Positions 9,521 through 17,612 of a stretch of 64,000 bases of DNA are shown here, piece after piece (positions within the stretch are counted from its first letter, which is position 1; each line of letters begins with the position of its first letter). Source of the stretch: a virus. Lineage: Duplodnaviria; Heunggongvirae; Uroviricota; Caudoviricetes. A model generated the notes under the pieces. The model did not search any database and was not told the origin of the DNA. It saw nothing but the letters and a program-made list of their open reading frames with translations. The DNA lies in IMG/VR virus record IMGVR_UViG_3300037466_003234, one strand, 5' to 3'. A program made the translations under genes and the position numbers.

Positions 9521-9533
9521 TAAAGATTGTGGG
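9521..9533 (-). promoter_or_regulatory. Putative late promoter motif CCCACAATCTTTA
   Basis: Same motif recurs about 20-35 nt upstream of several structural genes. Confidence 0.55.
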
Positions 9534-9542
9534 CTAATTGGC

Positions 9543-11822
9543 TTAGACTTCTTCTACCGTTAAAGTACGATAGGTACCGCCAGCGTATACGCTGCCGGTA
9601 TTGGTGGACCAGAACCACATTAATTCGATCTTATGTACGCCGGCAGAAACAGGCACCTCAACGGTGCCGGCTGCGCAGGCAAAGTTACTAGTATTAACGC
9701 AAGCAGCCGCGCTCTGTGCCCCTGTTGGTTGTCCATCGACAAATGGTTGAAAATAGGCGGTAGCAACAGTGCCATTACAGCCCATGGTTACGTTGTAGGA
9801 AATACGTAATCTGCCACCATTTGTCTTGACCGTAACGGACATTTCTGGACAAGGAACGAAAGACTGGCTAGTAGTGCTTGGATTGCTAGTAATACCGGAA
9901 GCCTGAGCCCAGGCTTTCGTTTTTGTAGAATCCACCGCCGCAGAGCCGATTTTGCGGTTATCGCTCAAAGAGCACGATCCAATCGGTAGAGAGTTCTGGA
10001 TGTCCGCCCACAAATTAGACTTATGCGAGTGGATAGGAGTAATAACTGCAACGGCAGCTGGCTGGAATGCGTCCGACGTAGTTTGATTCGTTACACGGAT
10101 CTTATGTACGCCGTAAGCAAGACCTGAGATCTGAAGAATGGACCCGCCAGAAACTCCTGGCATTGTCCAGGTTGACGTTCCTGCTGTCCAAACTCCGCCG
10201 TTACTGACGGTAGCTGCACCTGTATACGCAGATCCATCTATTTGGACTGTGAGAGTTGGATTTGCACTGTAGGTAGCGTATACTTCGATACCAGTTCCAA
10301 CAAAAGTGTATTCAAAATAATCGCCGATAGTAGAGTCTGTGGTGGTGTATCCCATCGGAGTTCCACCGGTTGGGCCTTGAACGCTCCAGCTGCCTACATA
10401 GGTAAGTTCTCTCAAAGGAGACTTTGCGAGTACGCCAGTAGACCATGGACCGGTGAATCCTGCGCCTGTGGAAGCTACGTAGCTTGCCATCAAGTTGTAG
10501 TCGGCCAACTCAATACATCCAGAGGGAAGCGCTGGCTTCTTAGGTTGGTAAACTAAAAACTTAGCGATACCCAAGTTCCAGGTCACGGCAGAAGATCTAG
10601 TCCACTTAACGGTGTGGGTTCCATAAGGAAGGCCAGAGACAATTTTAACGAGTCTTGGAGAAGTGTTGCCAGACGTAGGTAGGTTGATAGCGGACGCACC
10701 ATCTACTTGCACGGTATAGGTGTCAGATCCACCACTTCCGGTATCTTGCTGAACAATATCTAAGCCAGTTCCAACGAAAGTAAAGGAGATCGTGGCGCTG
10801 TTAGCGTTGGTTTGGAGTAGTCCCTGTGAAGTAGAAGCGAACGCAGCGCTTGCAACAGCAAGGGTTGTGGTTCCATCGTCGAGAGTGAAGGCTCCGGTGA
10901 AAGTTGAGCCAGTTGTCAAGCTGAAATCGTCTGAGCGTCCAGCACCGAACTCGCGAGGGTAATAAGTTCTAGCAATTTCTTCATTGCTGTGATCGGCAGA
11001 AGTTAATGTTGCAGAAGCGGTATTGGTATATTGAACATCCTTCTTAACGCTACCGTCTGGAGTCATATAGACGAGGACGTGGCCACCGCGAGTTCCTGCG
11101 GTTCCGTAGACGTTGGTGAAGTTGGCGTTATAGCTGTCCGTAATTTGAGATGTAGCAACGGCAGATGCGCCTGAAATCCAAGCCGCACCTGGATTGATAA
11201 TTAACTGAGAAGAAGCGTTAACTACTTCAAAACCATAAATATACATGCTTGCGCCGTTATTTCTGATCTTGACGGTATGGACTCCTAGAGCAAGTCCAGA
11301 AGCGATAGATGCGACTACGTTGGTGGAGTAGAATCTGCCTGTAAGAGGGCTAACTCCTGTAACGTATACGTTCGATCCTTCAGATCCGCCATCAACAGAT
11401 ACGCGGATATCTCTTGAGGTATTGCTTTGATAATACAGAATATTTAGGCCGGTGCCGTAGAACGTGACTTCTACGTAATCGTTTGTAGTGGTAGTATAGC
11501 AATAAGGTCCGTTTTGGTCGGTAACACCTGGAGAAGCCCAGTTTCCGACAAAACGAATTAGCCCCTTATCATCGTTAAGCGGTCCCCAAACGCGCTCGCC
11601 GTTAGGTCCAAACTCGTTTTGAATTTCATAGGCTTGCTGAGTAGGAATGCGACTAACACCCATATTAACGGACAAATCCTTCGATGGATCGAGGATCTGA
11701 GCGCGGTTCTGGATAGACGTATATCCAGGCATGCCAGCTACCGTAGGTAGCGAGATGAGCGAGGAGTTATCGACGAAAGTCTGATTTGCTAAACTAATTT
11801 GTTTTCCGATAATTTTAGACAT
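9543..11822 (-). CDS. Virion fibre/adhesin protein, paralog 2 (759 aa)
   Basis: Shares SIQNR, QNExGPNGE, ADHxNEE, REFGAGRSDD and QPKKPxLPSGCxELADYN blocks with its neighbours. Confidence 0.7.
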   Translation of the reverse strand: MSKIIGKQISLANQTFVDNSSLISLPTVAGMPGYTSIQNRAQILDPSKDLSVNMGVSRIPTQQAYEIQNEFGPNGERVWGPLNDDKGLIRFVGNWASPGVTDQNGPYCYTTTTNDYVEVTFYGTGLNILYYQSNTSRDIRVSVDGGSEGSNVYVTGVSPLTGRFYSTNVVASIASGLALGVHTVKIRNNGASMYIYGFEVVNASSQLIINPGAAWISGASAVATSQITDSYNANFTNVYGTAGTRGGHVLVYMTPDGSVKKDVQYTNTASATLTSADHSNEEIARTYYPREFGAGRSDDFSLTTGSTFTGAFTLDDGTTTLAVASAAFASTSQGLLQTNANSATISFTFVGTGLDIVQQDTGSGGSDTYTVQVDGASAINLPTSGNTSPRLVKIVSGLPYGTHTVKWTRSSAVTWNLGIAKFLVYQPKKPALPSGCIELADYNLMASYVASTGAGFTGPWSTGVLAKSPLRELTYVGSWSVQGPTGGTPMGYTTTDSTIGDYFEYTFVGTGIEVYATYSANPTLTVQIDGSAYTGAATVSNGGVWTAGTSTWTMPGVSGGSILQISGLAYGVHKIRVTNQTTSDAFQPAAVAVITPIHSHKSNLWADIQNSLPIGSCSLSDNRKIGSAAVDSTKTKAWAQASGITSNPSTTSQSFVPCPEMSVTVKTNGGRLRISYNVTMGCNGTVATAYFQPFVDGQPTGAQSAAACVNTSNFACAAGTVEVPVSAGVHKIELMWFWSTNTGSVYAGGTYRTLTVEEV

Positions 11823-11831
11823 GTTAACTCC

Positions 11832-14800
11832 TTAAATTTCCCTTGCAACCAAGCTTCTTTGAATGCCGTCACTAGTTGCGGTAGAGCTAGAAACAGCCCA
11901 ATAAATGTCCACCTTATGCGTTCCAGCGGACACTGGAACGATGATTCTGTCGCTTAAGATCGTTTGATATCCACCGCCTACAGGCTCGTCGTTAATTCTC
12001 AAGCTTCCGACAGGTACTCCGTCTACGTAAATTTGAGATTTGACTACGGCTCCAGCGGTAATATTGTAAGCGTTCAAGGAATAGCTAATATCGAGAGGTG
12101 CGCCGCTAGTCTTAATAGTCAAAGACATATCTGCGCATGGTACAAGGCTAGTACTTGTAGTTGATGGGTTAACTACAGTACCAAATGCTTGGCCCCAAGC
12201 TTTTGTTGCTGACAATGCTTCCTTAATAGCGGAAACCTTACGATTGTCGCTGATACCTTGAGAGCCGACAGGAAGCGTGTTCTGAAGGTCTGCATAGGCG
12301 TTGGATTTAGCCGAATGAATTGGAGCGATAACATCCAAAGCATGCGGATAGAAAGCGGTAGCGCCCGGATTCGAGGAGATTGCAAACTTAATCGTGTGCA
12401 ATCCAAGGCTCAATCCAGATACGGACAATCCGCAAGCGTTAGTTGCGGTTCCAGACATGGCCAAGATACCAGTGGAAGCCGTAAAGCTTACGCCTGTTCC
12501 GTACACAGAGTTTGTGTATGAGGAGAAGCTCGTCGATCCATCAAGTGTTGCCTGAATGTTAATTGCAGCGCTTGGCTCTTGAAATCTGAACTCAAAGCCA
12601 GTTCCAAAGAACGTATATTGGACGTAATCGCCAACGGTTCCGCTGTTGGTCTTCCAACCGCCTGGATTGTTGACTAGATCTTGAGATACAGACCACGTTC
12701 CAGAGTAAATTGCCTCGCGTTGAGAGATGAATTTTCTCAAAACTCCAGTAGCTATGGTGTCAACACCTGCGGTCGTGTTGGCAGAGTAGTTGGCCATGAC
12801 GTTATAGTCAGCTAGCTCTACGCAGCCGGAAGGAAGCGAAGGCTTCTTAGGTTGATAGACTAGGAATTGTAGGACAGCTAAAGAGCTTGAACCGGTATTA
12901 GATCTCGTGATCTTAACGGTGTGGGTTCCGTATGGAAGTCCAGATGCAATTTTTCTAGTTCTTAGAATGTTTGCGGTTCCGATAGCTGCAAAGCTTCCGC
13001 CAGCACTTGCTCCGTCAACGAGAATGGAGTACGTATCTAGCGTTGTGCCTTCGTCGTAGCAAAGGATATCTAGGCCTGTTCCTACGAAAGTGAAGGTCAA
13101 GAAAGATCCTGCGCCGGCAAACTGAACCGCTTCTGGTAAGCTACCTGTGGTAATAGGAGTAACAGCAGATCCAACAAGAGTTGTGGTGCCGTCATCCAAC
13201 GTGAACGAAACAGACTGAGAGCTTGTGGTAATGAACGATTTTGAGAAGTCGTCCGACCTAGCTGCGCCAAATTCACGGAAGTTGTATGTGCGGACCATTT
13301 CTTCGTTGCTATGGTCTGCGCCGTTCAAGTATCCAATAGAAGCATTGACTGCTTGGAAGGCAGATTTAATGGTTCCGTCAGAGTTTTGATAAACAAGAAC
13401 GCGACCGCCCTTAGTGCCAGTAACAGACGAGTTGTAAGCAAAAGCGCTTTGCGAAGAGCTTACAAGTTTTGCTCCGGCAATGTACGAAGTGCCTGGATTG
13501 ACCTTAACGGACGAAGACTCATTGAGAACTTCGAAGCCATAGAGGATGGTGCCGTTAGCGTGGTTGTTGCGAACTTTAACGGTATGGACGCCAAGAGTTA
13601 GTCCAGAAACAAGGTTAACTACCGAGTTTTCGCTATAGTTTCTTCCCACAATAACGCTAGAATATGGGGATGCGGCGAAAATATTTGCACCTTCAGATCC
13701 GCCATCAACAGATACACGGATGTCTCTAGCTGCGGCGGCAGTATAGCACAACGTATTGAGGCCGGTGCCGTAGAAGGTATACTCTACGAAATCTCCGACA
13801 ACCAAGGTTTGCGCGTACTGGCCGTAGCCGTCGTTATTGTTACTCCAAGAACCTACGAATCTCATCATTCCGCGATCATCGTTAAGTGCGGCAAATACTG
13901 TTTCACCGTTAGGTCCAAATTCGTTCTGAAGCTGATAGATCTGCTCAATCATTACGCGCTCAACGCCCATACGAGCTTTTAGGTCTTGGGTAACGTCAAC
14001 GATAGATGCGCGGTTCTGGATAGACGAATAGAACTTGCCAGAAGCAGGGGTTCCGGTCGTGGTCGTAGCACTAAGGGTGTTGCTGGTGTTAACGAATCCT
14101 TGGAAGCCCATGTTGGTGGCTTCTTGGATGGCCATAATAGCGGTCGAGTTCGTCGAAGACGCGTCAACAATTTGAGCGCGTTGGAGAACAATGATGTCTA
14201 CAGCGACAGAGCTATAGTCGGAGTCAAGCTGGATGATGTTTCCGCTGACTTCGGTGTAGTAAGAACCTTGTGGGGTGCTTGCAGCGCTGATGTAGCGTGG
14301 GATCAACTTACCATCGACGAAAACGTCAACAGAGCCATATGGCATTGGAGGGTTAGAGTTAACGCCGACAGCGTAAGACCAGCTGAGGATGATTTGGGTC
14401 TTACCACCAACGGTAGCTACAGAGCAGTTAACTGGAGTGCCTGCGCCGTTAGAGAGCGCGTAAGCAGAGTTGAATACTCCGCCTGCAGCAGACGCAGCGG
14501 TCTTTTGCATGAAGGCTTTGTAGTTAATTAGGTTAACGGTGCCAGATCCAGAGGTCTTAGCAGCGAAGAAACGGAGATAGAGACCGGTTCCAGCGGAATT
14601 GAGGTAAGCGCTTTGGAAGGTATCAGTTTCGTTCGTTGCACGCTTTTGGGCCGTGGTCCAAGAACTTGCGTCTGGAGATGCAGCGAAAGCAACAGATGCG
14701 GCAGTGTTTGGCGTAAAGACGTTACTGCCAGAGGTAGCGTTGTCTTTGTAGTCCACCATGATTTCGGAGAACGTTGCCGATCCGAAAGCAGCAGACAAGG

Positions 14801-15710
14801 CAGCGCCGTCAACTGGGAGATTGTAAATGTCTTTGGTGTGAACAGCTTGAGAAACCGTTGCAGCTGCAGCCGTTTGGTTTGCAGCAAATGCGCTCTCAAG
14901 GGTGTAAGAGGTTTGGGAAGCTACAGCTGTGATCTTCTTCACTTCGCCAGTCGAAGGGAGATAAACAACGTCGCCAACTGCAACCGTGAAAGCTGGAGCA
15001 GAAGACATGGTAGCTGCAGTGCCGACGGTCGTGATCGTCTTGGCAGCATCGTAGCTCATGACATACATGGTCTTAGCAGCGTTATAAACTGCGTTCGTAC
15101 CAGAGGAATTAACGCCGCTGTTCGAGTTCGTTGCGTTTTCAGAGAAGAGGTCGGTAAAAGATGCGCGGAAGTTCAAAGCATCGAGATCGTCGCCGGTTCC
15201 ACTTCCAGATCCACTTCCAGAAGCGCCCAAACGAACAGATTGGCCGGCATTCATGGCCATGCCAGAGCGCCAGTAAACACGTTGAGTGCCGTCGCCAGCG
15301 TCTACGCGCTTAGCGATCAAGAACACTTCCGAGTTAGAGGCAACCACGGAAGGCATAGCTTGAGCGACTGCGGTCGTAGCCGTGCCAGCGGTACGGTTAA
15401 GTGTTGCGTACCAGATATCGCCATTGCTCAAATTAACGTTTGAGCTTCCAAGTGAGATAACCTGAGGCGAGGTACCTGCGATCTTGGAATTAACAACAAT
15501 GTTAAGATTTTCCGTAAACTGGAGCTGGGTTCCGGTGAAGGTAATCGTTCCGCCGTCCGTTAAGATAACGTTACGGTCTTCGAACAATTTGGCAAGCTCA
15601 GCGTCAACTCTTGCAAATACAGAATCGGCAGTTTCGTTAGCGCCGGAGCCGATCATGCTCTGGGCTTGTCTCAAGACGGATTGTCTTAAATCAAATTTAG
15701 TAATAGCCAT
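11832..15710 (-). CDS. Virion fibre/adhesin protein, paralog 3 (1292 aa, extra N-terminal anchor region)
   Basis: C-terminal ~750 aa homologous to the two downstream paralogs; unique N-terminal ~530 aa. Confidence 0.7.
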   Translation of the reverse strand: MAITKFDLRQSVLRQAQSMIGSGANETADSVFARVDAELAKLFEDRNVILTDGGTITFTGTQLQFTENLNIVVNSKIAGTSPQVISLGSSNVNLSNGDIWYATLNRTAGTATTAVAQAMPSVVASNSEVFLIAKRVDAGDGTQRVYWRSGMAMNAGQSVRLGASGSGSGSGTGDDLDALNFRASFTDLFSENATNSNSGVNSSGTNAVYNAAKTMYVMSYDAAKTITTVGTAATMSSAPAFTVAVGDVVYLPSTGEVKKITAVASQTSYTLESAFAANQTAAAATVSQAVHTKDIYNLPVDGAALSAAFGSATFSEIMVDYKDNATSGSNVFTPNTAASVAFAASPDASSWTTAQKRATNETDTFQSAYLNSAGTGLYLRFFAAKTSGSGTVNLINYKAFMQKTAASAAGGVFNSAYALSNGAGTPVNCSVATVGGKTQIILSWSYAVGVNSNPPMPYGSVDVFVDGKLIPRYISAASTPQGSYYTEVSGNIIQLDSDYSSVAVDIIVLQRAQIVDASSTNSTAIMAIQEATNMGFQGFVNTSNTLSATTTTGTPASGKFYSSIQNRASIVDVTQDLKARMGVERVMIEQIYQLQNEFGPNGETVFAALNDDRGMMRFVGSWSNNNDGYGQYAQTLVVGDFVEYTFYGTGLNTLCYTAAAARDIRVSVDGGSEGANIFAASPYSSVIVGRNYSENSVVNLVSGLTLGVHTVKVRNNHANGTILYGFEVLNESSSVKVNPGTSYIAGAKLVSSSQSAFAYNSSVTGTKGGRVLVYQNSDGTIKSAFQAVNASIGYLNGADHSNEEMVRTYNFREFGAARSDDFSKSFITTSSQSVSFTLDDGTTTLVGSAVTPITTGSLPEAVQFAGAGSFLTFTFVGTGLDILCYDEGTTLDTYSILVDGASAGGSFAAIGTANILRTRKIASGLPYGTHTVKITRSNTGSSSLAVLQFLVYQPKKPSLPSGCVELADYNVMANYSANTTAGVDTIATGVLRKFISQREAIYSGTWSVSQDLVNNPGGWKTNSGTVGDYVQYTFFGTGFEFRFQEPSAAINIQATLDGSTSFSSYTNSVYGTGVSFTASTGILAMSGTATNACGLSVSGLSLGLHTIKFAISSNPGATAFYPHALDVIAPIHSAKSNAYADLQNTLPVGSQGISDNRKVSAIKEALSATKAWGQAFGTVVNPSTTSTSLVPCADMSLTIKTSGAPLDISYSLNAYNITAGAVVKSQIYVDGVPVGSLRINDEPVGGGYQTILSDRIIVPVSAGTHKVDIYWAVSSSTATSDGIQRSLVAREI

Positions 15711-15745
15711 TTGTCAACCTCTAATGTTTTATATCACTAACGACA

Positions 15746-17512
15746 TTAAGCGTTTCTGAGCTTCACAAAGTGAAGAACATCACCTACTTGAAGATTGTCT
15801 CCAAAGGTGACCGCCGTATATGCCGGACCAGCGCCCGAAGCCTGCCAGTCGTTGCCAGAACCCATAAAAAGGAGCTGACCGTTTAGGTAAATTTGCAATT
15901 CTGCACCAAGGAAAGTCATGCTCGAAGGGAGCGTGACAGGAGTTCCAGAAGACGTAAGAGCGTTAATTGCGAGCTTTGCGTCGTAAATAGCGCCAGCCAA
16001 GGCAGCAAGAGCCGAGGCAGCGTCCGTAGCTCCGGTACCACCATGGGCGATACCTACTACGCCGTTAACATTTGCAGCATTTCCAGCAATGTCTCCGCTA
16101 ACTTGCGAGCCTGGGAGGGAAAGATTAGGCAAGGAAGTTAACGTGCTATTGGAAGTAGCCGTAATGTTTGATGCTTTTCCAGCAATGTCGCCCGAAACTT
16201 GGGTACCAGGAAGGTTTCCGGTGACCTGAGATGCAGGGAGTGCAAGGTTAGGAAGCGAAGTTAACGTCGAGTTGCTCGATGCCGTAATGTTAGCTGCAGA
16301 ACCGCTAATGTTTCCGCTAACTTGCGAACCCTGAACAACTAGGTTAGGGAGCGAGGTAAGGGTAGCATTGCTTGAAGCAGTGATGTTTGCAGCACTTCCG
16401 CTAATGTTTCCAGCTACTTGGGAGCCAGATAGCGAAAGGTTAGGCAACGAAGTTAACGTCGAATTGCTCGTCGCGGTGATGTTCGCGGCGCTACCAGAGA
16501 TATTGCCGACCACTTGGGAGGCAGATATGTTTCCAGTGATGCCAGCAGCATTTCCACTAATGTTTCCACTGACTTGCGATCCAGAAACCACGAGGTTAGG
16601 GAGCGAAGTTAACGTGCTATTGGAGGTAGCCGTGATATTTGCAGCATTTCCTGCGATATCGCCGGTTACGTTAGAGCCTGAAACGCTGACGTTGCTTAGG
16701 TCAATAGCGGATAGGCTGAAGTTAGCGCCATCGCTACTGAGGACGTATTGGCCAGCAGACTTAATACCGCCCAAGAGGTTATTTAACGCGTCTTGTTGGG
16801 TATTAGCGCCGGTACCACCCTCATCGATAGGCATTGCGGCCTGGGATGCGCCACCGGTAGATCCGACACCCATCATTTGACCATCGATCCAGATTTGGGT
16901 CGAGGAAACGACGATACCGACCTTAAGGTCAGCCTCAAGGTTGCCAGATGGAGCGCCAATAACGAGAGCGCCTGCAGATCCTAGCCATACAGGGTTACCC
17001 ACGTCAGCGGTGCTGAATGGAACGTCGCCTGAAGCTAAGTTATAAATACCAAAGGAATAAACGTGAATGTCATCGCCCGCCGAGACACCGACAGGAGAGA
17101 ATGCAATACCGAATGCCCAGAACTCATCGTAAGAGGCCGTATCGAAGTCAGCAGCGTAAACCTTGTTTGAGTCTTCACCCAAAGCGTTAATACCCCAACG
17201 AACCACGTAAGACGTGTTCGCCGAGAAGGATTGACCTGCTTTAAAAGTATTGGAAATCGTTGCCGAAGAGGTTGGAATTGGTGTCCAGGCCAATTGTCCA
17301 GCGCCATCGTTCGTCAACATCGTTTGAGCTGAGCCCTGTGCTGAAGGCCAGTAAACGGTGTAGTCGGAGGTAGTGTCCGAAGCTTTATGTACGATACTGC
17401 CAGAAACAGCGCCCTTCGCGCTAAAGCCAGCAGATTCGATAACGTTAATTGATAGATCGGCGGTTCTTGGTGCGCCCTTATCTAAATATAAAAATTTAGA
17501 AAATTTACTCAT
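15746..17512 (-). CDS. Fibre protein with 32-aa tandem repeats (588 aa)
   Basis: Five NITAxSNxTLTSLPNL repeats; PIDEGGTGA and GIAHGGTGAT phage fibre motifs; C-terminal LQIYLNGQ..DW..GDVL domain. Confidence 0.7.
   Translation of the reverse strand: MSKFSKFLYLDKGAPRTADLSINVIESAGFSAKGAVSGSIVHKASDTTSDYTVYWPSAQGSAQTMLTNDGAGQLAWTPIPTSSATISNTFKAGQSFSANTSYVVRWGINALGEDSNKVYAADFDTASYDEFWAFGIAFSPVGVSAGDDIHVYSFGIYNLASGDVPFSTADVGNPVWLGSAGALVIGAPSGNLEADLKVGIVVSSTQIWIDGQMMGVGSTGGASQAAMPIDEGGTGANTQQDALNNLLGGIKSAGQYVLSSDGANFSLSAIDLSNVSVSGSNVTGDIAGNAANITATSNSTLTSLPNLVVSGSQVSGNISGNAAGITGNISASQVVGNISGSAANITATSNSTLTSLPNLSLSGSQVAGNISGSAANITASSNATLTSLPNLVVQGSQVSGNISGSAANITASSNSTLTSLPNLALPASQVTGNLPGTQVSGDIAGKASNITATSNSTLTSLPNLSLPGSQVSGDIAGNAANVNGVVGIAHGGTGATDAASALAALAGAIYDAKLAINALTSSGTPVTLPSSMTFLGAELQIYLNGQLLFMGSGNDWQASGAGPAYTAVTFGDNLQVGDVLHFVKLRNA
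16076..16642 (-). repeat. Coding tandem repeat, ~96-bp/32-aa unit, five copies plus partial units
   Basis: ANITATSNSTLTSLPNL(V/S)(V/L)SGSQVSGNISG(N/S)A repeated; synonymous divergence between DNA copies. Confidence 0.85.
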
Positions 17513-17569
17513 AATTGCCCTTCCCTTCCTTCCCTAGGCATCAAATGTTGAAAAATATCTTAAAAGAAA

Positions 17570-17595
17570 GCGGAGCGGGCAAGCGCCCGCCCCGC
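17570..17595 (-). terminator. Intrinsic terminator after the 731-aa fibre gene
   Basis: GC-rich stem GCGGAGCGGGC-AAGC-GCCCGCCCCGC followed by TTTCTTTT on the minus strand. Confidence 0.7.
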
Positions 17596-17612
17596 GTTAA
17601 TTAATTAAAATA

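Noticed and set aside
14613-15443. Long (+) ORFs antisense to structural genes (also 13986-14531, 30100-30828, 34939-35535, 16368-16880)
   Set aside because: Shadow frames of strongly codon-biased minus-strand genes; no RBS, promoter or recognisable motifs.
6854-15710. Diversity-generating retroelement acting on the fibre paralogs
   Set aside because: No reverse transcriptase in the window, and no near-identical TR/VR pair differing only at adenines; the differences are general and largely synonymous.
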